Shown here piece after piece: positions 30,421-40,670 of a stretch of DNA of 64,000 bases (position 1 is its first letter; the number at the start of each line of letters is the position of its first letter). Source of the stretch: Solirubrobacterales bacterium (GTDB taxonomy: Bacteria; Actinomycetota; Thermoleophilia; Solirubrobacterales; 70-9). Where the stretch lies: contig DATHVI010000174.1 of the NCBI GenBank assembly GCA_035461385.1, positions 29,483 to 93,482 on the forward strand, written 5' to 3'. Under the pieces are notes generated by a model. It made no database searches and was not told where the DNA came from. It was given only the letters and a program-made list of their open reading frames with translations. The position numbers and the translations under genes were made by a program.

Positions 30421-30562
30421 GGCTCCCTCCTTGGGCGAGCGGTGGTGCGGAATGAGGATAGGCCGCACCCTTCGTGGCTGTCAACTTGTTCTGCTCAACT
30501 AGCTCAGGGGTCGCCGGGGTGGGCGCAATGCCTAGAACGTCGCAACCTCGACTCCGCAGATG

Positions 30563-30598
30563 CGAGTCGGGCCGCAGGCGATCCTACGGCCCGACTCG
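30563..30598 (-). terminator. 12-bp perfect stem-loop downstream of the cupin gene
   Basis: cgagtcgggccg (30563-30574) pairs with cggcccgactcg (30587-30598). No U-tract on the minus strand. Confidence 0.4.
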
Positions 30599-30658
30599 TT
30601 GTCACAGGCCAGGTGGGCGAATGCGCCGCTGACTCCGAGACAGAGACCCGACGACCGC

Positions 30659-31192
30659 TCAGAACGGGCACCTTCCCGGATCCGGCCTGTCGAGACGGAA
30701 CGCGCCACCTGGCGGTACGTCGAAGTACGTCGCCCACAGCTCGAGGTCCTCGCCGGACAGGTTGCGGGCGATATGGACATGGCCTTGGCCGGGGTCGACG
30801 AACGCCTCACCAGCGACGTAGGTGCGCCCCTGGCACGAGCGATCCTCAGCCGGGACGTATGTCAAGGCGCCCGACTTCACGACCACGACGACCGGTCCCG
30901 GATGGCTGTGCCAGCCGGTGTGGCCGCCGGGCTCGATCACGATCTGCTGGAAGACCACCTCGCCGGCCCGGCGAGCTTGAGCGACGCGCAGGCCGTTGCC
31001 GTGGGCCGGGCGGAACTTGAGCTTCAAGTCGACCCGGTCCGGGAAGTCCCCGCGCGCCATCACCGCCGCGGACTTGACCCCCGACGGCGGTGTGCCCGAA
31101 GCGACACCGATCGCGACGAGCGTCGCTACCAGCGCGGCGAACAGCGTCACCGCAATCCATCTGTTGGGGCTCATCTCACCCCTCCTCTTCAT
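30659..31192 (-). CDS. secreted cupin-domain protein
   Basis: 177 aa with a signal/TM segment; cupin motif GGHTGWHSHPGPVVVVVKSG...GHVHIARN. Confidence 0.75.
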   Translation of the reverse strand: MKRRGEMSPNRWIAVTLFAALVATLVAIGVASGTPPSGVKSAAVMARGDFPDRVDLKLKFRPAHGNGLRVAQARRAGEVVFQQIVIEPGGHTGWHSHPGPVVVVVKSGALTYVPAEDRSCQGRTYVAGEAFVDPGQGHVHIARNLSGEDLELWATYFDVPPGGAFRLDRPDPGRCPF

Positions 31193-31323
31193 GCGCGGGA
31201 TCGTTCGACGCGATCCCTACTCCGTGCAAGCTCCCATCCGCCGGTATAGGGGTGGTATGTCCGTCCCGTCGGTCTTCCCAACGGCGCCGCCGGCTGAGGG
31301 GCGCCGTGGCCACCGCTCTCGCG

Positions 31324-32484
31324 CTACCAGGGCGGCAGCCACCGCCGCCCCGCCGCGACCCAGCGCGCGAACACCGGGTCGACGAGGTCGAGCTCGCCGG
31401 TCCGGCCGCTGAGCAGGCCGCGCTCGACAAGGCGCTTGGCCGCCTCAGGAGCCGCCGATCCGCGCGGCAGGCCATGGACCTCCCGCGCGACCTTGCCGGT
31501 CAGGCTCTGGACTCCCGCGGCGACCGTCTCGACCACGCCCGCCTCGATCCGCGAGAGCCCGTCCCAGGTCGCTTCGAAGTCCCCCTGGAGGTAGGACCAC
31601 GCCTCCTCGTGCGCGCTCGCCCAGGCCGCGTCGTCGGCGCGGGCGCCGGCCGGCGTATGGCGCCAGAGCAGGTGCGCGAACAGCATCGAGCGCTGGGGGT
31701 GGCCGTCGACGAGATCGAGCAGCCAGTCGAGCCCCTCGTCGGCGCGCTTGCCGGTGCGCTCGAAGCCGGCGGCGATGTGCTCGGCGAGCCGGTCGCGCGG
31801 CAGCCGGCCGAGCTCGAGTGGGGCGGCCTGACCGTAGAAGGGCCGCCGGCGGTCGGCGAACAGCCGCAGCATCATCCCCGGGTGGGAGCCGGAGAAGACG
31901 TAGGTGACCCCCGCCCCGTGGTGCTGGATCACGCTCCGGATCAGACCGTCGAGGTCGGCCCCGAGCACCGCTTGGAACTCGTCGAAGGCGACGACCATCC
32001 GGCTCCCGGTTCGCTCGTGGATGCCGAGCGGGAGGTCGAGCGAGTCGAGCAGGGCCCGCTCGCCATCGGCGCCGGCGAAGCCCAGGGAGGCGCCGCCGAC
32101 CGGGGTCTGGAGGCCGACCTGGCCGCCGCGCCGGCGCAGCCCGATCAACGCCCGCCGCAGCGGCCCGGCGGGGAGCGCCTCGTAGGCGCGCTCGATCTGG
32201 GCCGCCGCCTGGGCGGGGGTGCGGACGCCGTAGAGATCGACGAGCACCGCCCCCATCCCGGCGGCGCGGGCGTCGGCGAGCGCCCGTCGCAAGAGGCTCG
32301 TCTTGCCGTAGTCGCGGGGGCTCGAAAGGCGTGTGTTGACCCCCGTCTCGATCCGCTCGGCGAGCAGCCCGAGCTCGTCCTCGCGGTCGACCAGCCAGGC
32401 CGGGTCGATCGGTCGGGCGAAGACGAACGGGTTGGTGGCAGGTTGGGTTCGCTCCACGTCTGGGGGTACGTTTTCGTACGTCAT
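31324..32484 (-). CDS. ATP-binding protein, archaeal-ATPase (PF01637-like) AAA family
   Basis: 386 aa. Walker A-like SPRDYGKTSL (Ser where the first Gly is usual), Walker B VVAFDEFQ, and a C-terminal winged-helix-like region. Confidence 0.7.
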   Translation of the reverse strand: MTYENVPPDVERTQPATNPFVFARPIDPAWLVDREDELGLLAERIETGVNTRLSSPRDYGKTSLLRRALADARAAGMGAVLVDLYGVRTPAQAAAQIERAYEALPAGPLRRALIGLRRRGGQVGLQTPVGGASLGFAGADGERALLDSLDLPLGIHERTGSRMVVAFDEFQAVLGADLDGLIRSVIQHHGAGVTYVFSGSHPGMMLRLFADRRRPFYGQAAPLELGRLPRDRLAEHIAAGFERTGKRADEGLDWLLDLVDGHPQRSMLFAHLLWRHTPAGARADDAAWASAHEEAWSYLQGDFEATWDGLSRIEAGVVETVAAGVQSLTGKVAREVHGLPRGSAAPEAAKRLVERGLLSGRTGELDLVDPVFARWVAAGRRWLPPW

Positions 32485-32578
32485 AACGTAGCAGATCGCA
32501 CGCCGTCACCGTATGGATTGCCTGCCCCGCCCCTCTCCTGTGGATTCTCAGGCTTGTGCGGGCGGCCGGCCGGTGCGC

Positions 32579-33712
32579 TCAGCCGGCTTCGCGGGCGGGC
32601 ATCGGGTCGGTCGACCCCGCCTGCTCGCGGATGTAGCCGCCGATCCGGGCGCCGACGGCGACGAGCGGGACGGCGATGAACGCCCCGATGATGCCGCCGA
32701 GGACCGCGCCGGCGGCGACCCCGAGCAGGATCGCGACCGGGTGGACCTGAACCGCCCGGCCGACGACGTACGGATGGAGGAGGTTGCTCTCGGTCTGCTG
32801 GACGACGACGACCGCGGCCAGCACCAGCAGAGCGGTGACCAGCCCCTCGGCGATCAGGGCGACGAGCACCGCGAAGGCGCCCGTGACGACCGCACCGGCG
32901 ATCGGTATGTAGGCGCCGAAGAACACGAGCACCGAGAGCGCGAGTGCCCCGGGGACGTCGAGGATCACGAGCGCGATCCCGATGAAGATCGAGTCGACCA
33001 GGGCGACGATCGTCATCCCGCGCAGGTAGCCGGAGAGGGTCGCCCACGACCGCGATCCCATCTCGCGGACCCCGTCCTGGTGCGAGCGGGAGAATAGGCC
33101 GACGATCCAATCCCAGATCCGGTCGCCGTCCTTGAGGAAGAAGAACGTCAGCACGAGCGCGATCCCGAACCCGGCGGCGATCTCGAGCGCGACCTGGGCG
33201 CCGCTGATCGCGCTCGAGATGATCTCGTTGCTCGACGCTTGGATCTGCTCACCGAGGTCGTCGACCCAGCCCTCGAGCTGCTCGCGTGAGACTCCGACCG
33301 GGCCCTCGACGAGCCAGTCGGCGGCGCTTTCGATCCCGGCGACGAGGTCGTCGGCGAGCGTCTCGAACTCGTCGACGAACCGGGGGACGATCCAGGCGAG
33401 GATCGAGGCGACGATCGTCAGCATCAGCAGCACCGAGAGCAGCGCGGCGAGGAACGGCGGTGCCCCCTCGTTGCGAAGGCGCTCGGCGACCGGGCGCAGC
33501 AGGGCAGTGAAGAACAGGGCCAAGAACACCGGCAGGACGACCAGCCGCAGCTGCGAGGCGAGGTAGCCGACGACGAGCACCGCCGCGCCGACGATCAGCA
33601 GCCGCCAGCTCCAGGCGGTGGCGACAGCGAGCGCCCGCGGGACCGTGATCGGCCCGGTACCGGAGGCCTCGGGAGGCGGGCCGCCGGCCTCGGGCTGGCC
33701 GGGGCTGCTCAC
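32579..33712 (-). CDS. AI-2E family (PerM/YdiK-like) transporter
   Basis: 377 aa, 7-8 TM segments; LGGIIGAFIAVPL near the C-terminus. Confidence 0.85.
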   Translation of the reverse strand: MSSPGQPEAGGPPPEASGTGPITVPRALAVATAWSWRLLIVGAAVLVVGYLASQLRLVVLPVFLALFFTALLRPVAERLRNEGAPPFLAALLSVLLMLTIVASILAWIVPRFVDEFETLADDLVAGIESAADWLVEGPVGVSREQLEGWVDDLGEQIQASSNEIISSAISGAQVALEIAAGFGIALVLTFFFLKDGDRIWDWIVGLFSRSHQDGVREMGSRSWATLSGYLRGMTIVALVDSIFIGIALVILDVPGALALSVLVFFGAYIPIAGAVVTGAFAVLVALIAEGLVTALLVLAAVVVVQQTESNLLHPYVVGRAVQVHPVAILLGVAAGAVLGGIIGAFIAVPLVAVGARIGGYIREQAGSTDPMPAREAG

Positions 33713-34146
33713 CCGAGTGCTGCCCGGGCGCTCGCCAGGTCGTCGGTGACGACGACCAGCCTGACGCCGCCGAAGGTCGAGTAGGCGAGCTCGATGTTGA
33801 CGTTCGTCTCGGCGAGCCGGCCGGTCACCTCGGCGAGGGTGCCGGGCCGGTCCTCGATCCCGACGACGAGCGCCTCGCGCCGGTCGGCGACGCCCATCCC
33901 TGCCCCCTCGAGCGCCGCGGCGGCCCGGTCGGCGTCGCCGTCGTCGACGAGCACGTGGACGTAGCCCCGCCCGTCGCCGGTCATCGCGCAGAGCCCGAGG
34001 ATGTTCACGCCCGCCTCGCCCGTCGCCTCCCCCAATCGCGCGAGCTCACCGGGGCGGTCCGCGAGGATCACTGTGAGGTCGATCGCCATCCTCCGCGCAC
34101 GCGACCCTAGTCGATCGACGTGCTTCGTGGTCGCTTCCATCGGCAA
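33709..34146 (-). CDS. ACT-domain protein (tandem ACT)
   Basis: IDLTVILADRPGELARL and LVVGIEDRPGTLAEVTGRL. The start may instead be ATG 34140 or ATG 34089. Confidence 0.75.
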   Translation of the reverse strand: MPMEATTKHVDRLGSRARRMAIDLTVILADRPGELARLGEATGEAGVNILGLCAMTGDGRGYVHVLVDDGDADRAAAALEGAGMGVADRREALVVGIEDRPGTLAEVTGRLAETNVNIELAYSTFGGVRLVVVTDDLASARAALG

Positions 34147-34216
34147 GGCCCGCTTACCCGGAAACGGGCGCCGGATCGCGGCCGGCTATGCCCGGCGATC
34201 GAGTGCCCGCTTGTGC

Positions 34217-35569
34217 TCAGCGCTCGTACGCCCCGATGTCCGGCTTTCGGTCGCGCTTTCGGCCCCGCTGGTCGCGCTTCGGGGCCGAGGGCCTGTGCGC
34301 CTTGCCGATCGCCGGGCTGCGCTTCAGCAGCGCGATCGTCTTCGTCGGGCCGCCGTTGTTGCGGAGCTTGCCGAGCCGCGGGTTCGGCCGCACGAAGTCC
34401 GTGGGCCCGTCAAAGCCGGCACAGCCGGAGCCGGTGCTGAGCAGGTTGCTGCCGAGCGAGGTGAACGGCTCACCGGCGCAATCCGGGCCGGCGATCGACG
34501 CCGTATTGAGGCCGATCAGCGAGTTGCGGACGGTGACCGACCCCGATGGGGACGGATCGCGGTAGAGGCCGCCACCGGTCCTGGCGACGTTTCTGGTCAC
34601 GGTGACCGCGTTGAGCGTCACCGTCCCGTCGTCGGCGTAGATCCCCCCGCCCTCGGCGCCGCTGGCGTTGCCGGTGATCGTCGAGTTGGTGATCGTCACG
34701 TTGCCGCGGAAGGCGTGAAGCGCTCCACCCTCGTCGGTGCCACGGTTGCCGCTCAGCGTCGACGACACGATCCGGAGGTCGACCTGCCCCTCTGAGATAT
34801 AGATCCCGCCGATGTCATCGGCGCGGTTGTTGGCGATCGTGCTCGCCCTGATCCGCACCCGATCGCCGTTATGGATGTACATCGCGCCGCCGAAGTCGGC
34901 AAGGTTGCCGCTCAGTCGGCTTCGGGCGAGCACGAGCCCTTCCACCGACAGGCCGACGTCGATGGCGCCAGCCGAGCCGCCGGTTCGATTACCGGTGACG
35001 GCGGTGCGTCGCAGCCGCACGGTGCCACCGTGGGCGGCGATGCCGCCTCCGTCGTCTGCGACGGCATGGTTGCCGCGAATCGTCGAGCCCACCAGCGTGA
35101 GATTCGACGTGGTCCGGATTCCGGCGCCCCGCGGGTCGGCGCCAGCCTCGAGCCTCCCGCCGGTGATGACCAGTCGCCGGACCGTGGTCGGGGCCCCGTC
35201 GTGAACCTCGAGCGCGCGGTCGATCCCGTTCGCGCTCACCCTCGCCTTGCCCCTCCCCGGATGGAGGATCGCAAGCGGCCCGGTGACGTCGAGGTCGCCC
35301 TCCCGAGCGGCGTCCTCGCCGGTCGGCCCGGTGTTCGCGATCCGCAGGTTGTAGGCCCTCGCCTGCGGGAGGATGACCCGGTCGGCGCCCGGTCGCTTGT
35401 TCGCCGCGATCACCGCCTCGCGAAGCGAGCAGTCCCTCGGCTTGCATGCCTTCGGCGGCGGGTCGCCGCGCTTGGTGACGACGAAGTCCTTCGCGACCGC
35501 CGGTCCGGCGACCCCGAGCGCAGCTCCGGCCACGACCAGCCCCACCAGCGCCCTGCGAGCAGCTCCCAT
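34217..35569 (-). CDS. secreted right-handed beta-helix repeat protein (choice-of-anchor-Q-like C-terminus)
   Basis: ATG 35569 with GAGGAGG upstream; signal peptide. CSLREAVIAAN, repeated GGA(I/L)..xG..T(I/L)..S motifs, and a C-terminal NGGPTKTIALLKRSPAIG...DIGAYE. Confidence 0.75.
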   Translation of the reverse strand: MGAARRALVGLVVAGAALGVAGPAVAKDFVVTKRGDPPPKACKPRDCSLREAVIAANKRPGADRVILPQARAYNLRIANTGPTGEDAAREGDLDVTGPLAILHPGRGKARVSANGIDRALEVHDGAPTTVRRLVITGGRLEAGADPRGAGIRTTSNLTLVGSTIRGNHAVADDGGGIAAHGGTVRLRRTAVTGNRTGGSAGAIDVGLSVEGLVLARSRLSGNLADFGGAMYIHNGDRVRIRASTIANNRADDIGGIYISEGQVDLRIVSSTLSGNRGTDEGGALHAFRGNVTITNSTITGNASGAEGGGIYADDGTVTLNAVTVTRNVARTGGGLYRDPSPSGSVTVRNSLIGLNTASIAGPDCAGEPFTSLGSNLLSTGSGCAGFDGPTDFVRPNPRLGKLRNNGGPTKTIALLKRSPAIGKAHRPSAPKRDQRGRKRDRKPDIGAYER

Positions 35570-35654
35570 GCGAGTCCTCCTCTGAAGTGGCGAGAGCAAC
35601 ACCGTAGGTCAAATCGCGGCGGGCCGTCAACACCGCCTCGCTAGTCTGGAATCG

Positions 35655-37652
35655 ATGCCCAACCGGCTTGCCGCCGAGACCAGTCCCTACCTCCTCCAGC
35701 ACCAGGACAACCCGGTCGACTGGTACCCGTGGGGGGCGGAGGCGCTCGACCGCGCTCGCGAGGAGGACAAGCCGATCCTGCTCTCGATCGGCTACTCGTC
35801 GTGCCACTGGTGTCACGTGATGGAGCGCGAGTCGTTCGAGGATCCCGAGACCGCGGCGTACATGAACGAGCACTTCGTCCCGGTGAAGGTCGACCGCGAG
35901 GAGCGGCCCGATGTCGACTCGATCTACATGGAGGCGGTCCAGGGAATGACCGGCCACGGCGGCTGGCCGCTGACCGCGTTCTGCGATCCCGCCGGGGTGC
36001 CGTTCTACGGCGGCACCTACTTCCCGCCCGAGCCCCGCCACGGGATGCCGAGCTTCCGGATGGTGATCGAGGCGGTGGTCGAGTCGTGGCATGGCCAGCG
36101 CGAGCGGATCGACGCCGCCGCCGGCCGGATCCGCGAGCAGCTCGCGGCGGTCGGGCGGATCGAGGCGTCGGACGAGCCGCTCTCGGACGAGCTCGTCGAG
36201 GGCGCGGTCCGCGAGCTGCGGACGCAGGCCGACATCCGAAACGGCGGCTTCGGCGGCGCGCCCAAGTTCCCGCCCGCCGCGGCGCTCGAGCTGCTGCTCG
36301 CACGGGGCGAGACGGCGATCGTCGAGACGACGCTCGACGCGATGGCGGCCGGCGGGATCCACGACCAGGTCGGCGGCGGCTTCGCCCGCTACGCGGTCGA
36401 CGCGACCTGGCTCATCCCCCACTTCGAGAAGATGCTCTACGACAACGCGCTCCTCTCGCGCGCCTACCTCCACGGCTGGCAGGCTCTCGGCCACGAGCTC
36501 TGGCGCCGGGTCTGCGAGCGGACGCTCGACTGGGCGCTGCGCGAGATGCGCGGACCCGAGGGCGGGTTCTACTCGGCGCTCGACGCCGACTCCGAAGGTG
36601 AGGAGGGGCGCTTCTACACCTGGACCCCCGACGAGGTCCGCGAGGTGCTCGCCGGCGCCGGGCTCGGCGAGCTCGCCGACGGGGTGATCGCCCACTTCGG
36701 GGTCACCGAGCAGGGCAACTTCGAGGGCCGCAACGTCCTCTACCTTCCCGCCGGCACGACCGGGCACGAGCCGCCCGGGCTCGAGGAGGCGCGGCGGGCG
36801 ATGTACGAGGCGCGCACGAAGCGGGTCTGGCCGGGGCTCGACGACAAGCGGCTGTGCTCCTGGAACGCGCTGATGATCGCCGCGCTCGCCGACGCCGGGG
36901 CGGCGCTCGGACGCGACGACTACCTCGACGCGGCGCGGGGCACCGCCGAGTTCGTCTGGTCGGAGCTCCGCACGCCAGACGGCCGGCTGCTGCGGACGTG
37001 GAAGGACGGCGAGGGCAAGCTCGGGGCCTACCTCGAGGACCACGCCTACCTCGTCGAGGCGCTGCTGACCCTGTACGAGGCGACCTTCGAGGTCCGCTGG
37101 TTCGACGCCGCGCGCGCGACCGCCGACGCGATGATCGAGCGCTTCGCCGACCCCAAGCGCGGCGGCTTCTTCACCACCGCCGACGACCACGAGGAGCTGA
37201 TCGCCCGCCGCAAGGACGTCGACGACCACCCGATCCCATCCGGGAGCTCGTCGGCGGCGCTCGGGCTGCTGCGGCTGGCGGCGCTGACCGGAGAGCGCTC
37301 CTACGAGGACCATGCGGTCTCGGTGCTGCGGCTGCTCCGGCGGGTCGCGGCGCGCCATCCCCAAGCCGTCACCCACCTGCTACGCGCGATCGACTTCCAC
37401 CTCGCGCGGGTCAAGGAGGTCGCCCTCGTCTCTCCGGCGAGCGGGGACGGCATCGCCGAGCTCGCGGCCGTCGTCCGGTCCGAGTTCCGGCCCAACCTCG
37501 TGCTCGCGGGCGGACCCGAGGGCACCGAGCGCCCGGAGCTGATGGCGAGCCGCGAAGCGGTCGACGGCAGGCCGGCCGCCTATGTCTGCGAGCGCTTCAC
37601 CTGCCAGCGGCCGGTCACCGACCCGGCCGAGCTCGCGGCGGCGCTCGCCTGA
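35655..37652 (+). CDS. thioredoxin-domain protein, DUF255/YyaL (SSP411-like) family
   Basis: 665 aa; [46 protein letters not shown]. Confidence 0.9.
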   Translation: MPNRLAAETSPYLLQHQDNPVDWYPWGAEALDRAREEDKPILLSIGYSSCHWCHVMERESFEDPETAAYMNEHFVPVKVDREERPDVDSIYMEAVQGMTGHGGWPLTAFCDPAGVPFYGGTYFPPEPRHGMPSFRMVIEAVVESWHGQRERIDAAAGRIREQLAAVGRIEASDEPLSDELVEGAVRELRTQADIRNGGFGGAPKFPPAAALELLLARGETAIVETTLDAMAAGGIHDQVGGGFARYAVDATWLIPHFEKMLYDNALLSRAYLHGWQALGHELWRRVCERTLDWALREMRGPEGGFYSALDADSEGEEGRFYTWTPDEVREVLAGAGLGELADGVIAHFGVTEQGNFEGRNVLYLPAGTTGHEPPGLEEARRAMYEARTKRVWPGLDDKRLCSWNALMIAALADAGAALGRDDYLDAARGTAEFVWSELRTPDGRLLRTWKDGEGKLGAYLEDHAYLVEALLTLYEATFEVRWFDAARATADAMIERFADPKRGGFFTTADDHEELIARRKDVDDHPIPSGSSSAALGLLRLAALTGERSYEDHAVSVLRLLRRVAARHPQAVTHLLRAIDFHLARVKEVALVSPASGDGIAELAAVVRSEFRPNLVLAGGPEGTERPELMASREAVDGRPAAYVCERFTCQRPVTDPAELAAALA

Positions 37653-37683
37653 GGGCGACCGTACCGATAGAGTGACCGCCCCG

Positions 37684-38202
37684 ATGGCGACGACCCGTAA
37701 GAAGGGGGCGAAGGCGGTTGCCCGCTCGTACTTCGAGGCGGTCGCCGCCCGTGACGTCGAGGCGATGGTCGAGCACTGGGAGCCGGGGGGGATCGACCAC
37801 GTGCACGGGATCGCCGACCTTCGCGTCCCGGAGGGCTACCGGGGTTGGTTCGGGAACCTCTTCCGCGCCTTCCCCGACTTCGGGATCGAGGTGCTCGACG
37901 TCGTCGGCGCCGGCGAGCTCGCCGCGGTCCGCTGGCGGGTGACCGGGACCTTCACCGGCCCGGCCCGGTTCGAGGGGCTCGCCCCGACCGGCGCCCGGGT
38001 CGAGGTCGAGGGCTGCGACATGCTCACCGTCCGGGACGGGCTGATCCACTCGAATCACGCCTACACGAACGGCGCCGAGCTCGCCCGCCAGCTCGGCGCG
38101 CTCCCGGCCGGCGGCTCGCCGGCGGAGCGCGGCATGATCGCCGCCGTCAACGCCCGCACCTCGGCCGCTGACGCGATCCGCAAGCTCCGCGACAGGCGCT
38201 AG
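37684..38202 (+). CDS. SnoaL-like / ester-cyclase NTF2-fold protein
   Basis: ATG 37684, 172 aa; ARSYFEAVAARDVEAMVEHW. Paralog of the 2972-3502 product. Confidence 0.75.
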   Translation: MATTRKKGAKAVARSYFEAVAARDVEAMVEHWEPGGIDHVHGIADLRVPEGYRGWFGNLFRAFPDFGIEVLDVVGAGELAAVRWRVTGTFTGPARFEGLAPTGARVEVEGCDMLTVRDGLIHSNHAYTNGAELARQLGALPAGGSPAERGMIAAVNARTSAADAIRKLRDRR

Positions 38203-38372
38203 TGAAGCACCGCTAGCCGCCGCCGCCGGACGCAGGAGCGGGTGGGTCGGCCGGCGGCGTTGCGCCGCCGGAGCAGCAGGTCAGGCGCCGAAGGCGCCGC
38301 AAGGCGTTCGATGTGCGCGGCGTAGCCGCGCACCGGGTATTCAGGCGGGAGCGGAGGAGACGGCGGAGGTGT

Positions 38373-39731
38373 TCAGAGCACCGGCAGGAAGCGCTCGATC
38401 TCCCACGGGGTGACCTGGACCCGGTACTCCTCCCACTCCTCGCGCTTGACCTCGATGAAGCGCTTGAACGTGTGCTCGCCGAGGATCCGCAGCACGAGCT
38501 CCGACTCGGCGGCGACCTCGATCGCCTCGCCGAGCGTCTCGGGGAGCTGGTCGATCCCGCGCTGCTGGCGCTCCTCGGGCGTCAGGTGGTAGAGGTTCTG
38601 CTCCATCGGCTCGGGCAGCTCGTAGCCGTGCTCGATCCCCTCGAGCCCGGCGTGCAGCATCCCGGCGAAGCAGAGGTAGGGGTTGCACGCCGGGTCGGGA
38701 CAGCGCAGCTCGGCCCGCGTCGCCTGCTCCTTGCCGGGGTGGTAGAGCGGCACCCGGATCAGCGCCGAGCGGTTGCGGCGCGACCACGCGAGGTACACGG
38801 GCGCCTCGTAGCCGGGGACGAGCCGCTTGTAGGAGTTCACCCACTGGGCGAACAGCGGCGCGATCTCCCGCGCGTGGCGGAGCTGCCCGGCGATGAACGC
38901 CTTCGCGGTGTCGGAGAGGAAGTACTGGTCGTCGGGGTCGAAGAAGGCGTTCCTGCCGTCCTTCGACAGCGACTGGTGGACGTGCATCCCCGACCCGTTC
39001 TCGCCGAACAGCGGCTTCGGCATGAAGGTCGCGTGCCATCCGTACTTCATCGCGTACTCCTTGACCACGATCCGGTAGGTCATGCAGTCGTCGGACATCG
39101 CGAGCGCGTCCTTGTAACGCATGTCGACCTCGTGCTGAGAGGGACCGACCTCGTGGTGCGTGTACTCGACGTGGATCCCGAGCTGCTCGAGCGCGAGCAC
39201 CGTCTCGCGGCGAACATCGGAGCCGGCGTCGAGCGTGGTGAGGTCGAAGTAGCCGCCCTCGTCGAGGACCTCCGGCGTGCCGTCGGCGGGCTTCTCGGAG
39301 CGGAAGTAGAAGTACTCGAGCTCGGGGCCGATGTTGTAGGTGTCGAAGCCCATGTCCTGGGCCCGCTGGAGCGCCCGGCGCATGATCCAGCGCGGATCGC
39401 CCTCGTAGGGCTCCCCGCCCGGCACCTTGATGTCGCAGAACATCCGCGCGACGCCACGCTCCTCGGGCCGCCAGGGGAGGACCGCGAACGTCGTCGGGTC
39501 GGGCATCGCGATCATGTCCGACTCCTCGATCGGGTTGAACCCGGTGATCGACGAGCCATCGAAGCCCATTCCGCCCTCGAACGCGTCCTCGAGCTCAGAG
39601 GCGTTGATCGAGAAGCTCTTCAGCTGCCCGAGGACGTCGGTGAACCACAGCCGGATGAAGCGGATGTCGTTGTCGATCACCTGCTGCTTGACGTCGTCGG
39701 GGGTCTCGGTGTGCTTGGAGTTGTCAGCCAT
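38373..39731 (-). CDS. glnA: glutamine synthetase, type I
   Basis: ATG 39731, 452 aa. Motifs: FDGSSI, GPELEYF, HHEVGPSQHE, KPLFGENGSGMHVHQS, NRSALIRVP, NLYHLTPEE. Confidence 0.95.
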   Translation of the reverse strand: MADNSKHTETPDDVKQQVIDNDIRFIRLWFTDVLGQLKSFSINASELEDAFEGGMGFDGSSITGFNPIEESDMIAMPDPTTFAVLPWRPEERGVARMFCDIKVPGGEPYEGDPRWIMRRALQRAQDMGFDTYNIGPELEYFYFRSEKPADGTPEVLDEGGYFDLTTLDAGSDVRRETVLALEQLGIHVEYTHHEVGPSQHEVDMRYKDALAMSDDCMTYRIVVKEYAMKYGWHATFMPKPLFGENGSGMHVHQSLSKDGRNAFFDPDDQYFLSDTAKAFIAGQLRHAREIAPLFAQWVNSYKRLVPGYEAPVYLAWSRRNRSALIRVPLYHPGKEQATRAELRCPDPACNPYLCFAGMLHAGLEGIEHGYELPEPMEQNLYHLTPEERQQRGIDQLPETLGEAIEVAAESELVLRILGEHTFKRFIEVKREEWEEYRVQVTPWEIERFLPVL

Positions 39732-39844
39732 CTCTTCTCCGATGCGGCTCGGGGGCTTGAAAGGGGGTAGTCGAGGGGGCGAAACATATACCGCGAGCGG
39801 GCCGCGTGCGGGCGCCCTCGAGGGTTGCGGATCGGGCGCCGATC

Positions 39845-39915
39845 CGCTATAACTTACGTCCCGTAAGTAACGGGCTAAAAGTAAAGTAAAGGCGGGATTA
39901 AGGCGGGCTAAACGC
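39845..39915. promoter_or_regulatory. AT-rich repeat/palindrome block in the divergent glnA / CMD-family intergenic region
   Basis: Palindrome ACTTACG-tcc-CGTAAGT (39852-39868). Direct repeats CGGGCTAAA (39871, 39905) and AGGCGGG(AT/C)TA (39890, 39901). Confidence 0.35.
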
Positions 39916-39950
39916 GCTCCGGCGCGCTCGCCGCGGAGGCACCTCGACGA

Positions 39951-40520
39951 ATGACCGTGAAGACAGACATCAGCCGCTTCGACATCCACGACGAGCTCAC
40001 CGCGCCCGAGGGGAGCGTGAAGATCCTCAAGGGAGTTCAGGCGGGCGGCGAGGTCTCGAAGCTGATCGGCGTACTCGCCGGCTCTCCGGCGGCGCTGCGG
40101 GCCTACGCCCGGATGCGCCACGAGCTGCGCGGCGGCATGCTCGCCGACGCGACCCGGGAGCGAATCGCCCTCGCCGTCGCCGAGCGGCGTAGCGACACCT
40201 ACTCGATCGCGCGGCATGCGAAGGCTGCGCGGGAAGCCGGGCTCGGCCTCGACGAGGTCTCGCGGGCCCGCGCTTTCAAGTCGAACGATCCGCGCCACGC
40301 GGCGCTGCTCGAGTTCCTCCAGGCGCTGCTCGACACCGAGGGGCGTCCTGCCGCCCACCTCGCTGAGGAGGCTCGCGAGGCCGGGTGGAACGACGAGGAG
40401 CTGCTCGAGGCGGTCGCCGAGGTGGCGCTGAACGAGTTTCAGACCCTGGTCGCGAACGCGGCGGCCCTGCCGCAGGACCAGAGTGATCCGACCGTGCTGC
40501 CCGCAGCGGCAGCCGCATAG
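39951..40520 (+). CDS. carboxymuconolactone decarboxylase (AhpD-like) family protein
   Basis: 189 aa; RERIALAVAERRSDTYSIARH and ELLEAVAEVALNEFQTLVANA are typical of CMD-family helices. Confidence 0.75.
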   Translation: MTVKTDISRFDIHDELTAPEGSVKILKGVQAGGEVSKLIGVLAGSPAALRAYARMRHELRGGMLADATRERIALAVAERRSDTYSIARHAKAAREAGLGLDEVSRARAFKSNDPRHAALLEFLQALLDTEGRPAAHLAEEAREAGWNDEELLEAVAEVALNEFQTLVANAAALPQDQSDPTVLPAAAAA

Positions 40521-40578
40521 GGGTCGTGGACGAAGGGACTTTCCTCTCCTCCTCCCAGTAACCCCGATCCCAGGTGAA

Positions 40579-40612
40579 GGGACGTCGCGCAGCCGCGCGG
40601 CGTCCCTTTCGC
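40579..40612 (+). terminator. intrinsic terminator after the CMD-family gene
   Basis: GGGACGTCGCG / CGCGGCGTCCC stem (one G-U pair), followed by TTTCGCCTTTC. Confidence 0.55.
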
Positions 40613-40670
40613 CTTTCAGGGCCCCTTCGCCGCGGGGCCCGCGCTCGCGGCGCGCGTCAGGCGGGGCGGC

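Noticed and set aside
39845-39915. GlnR or TnrA box upstream of glnA
   Set aside because: I could not fit GTnAC-n6-GaAAC or TGTNA-N7-TNACA to the sequence on either strand. The region is reported only as an unassigned operator-like block.
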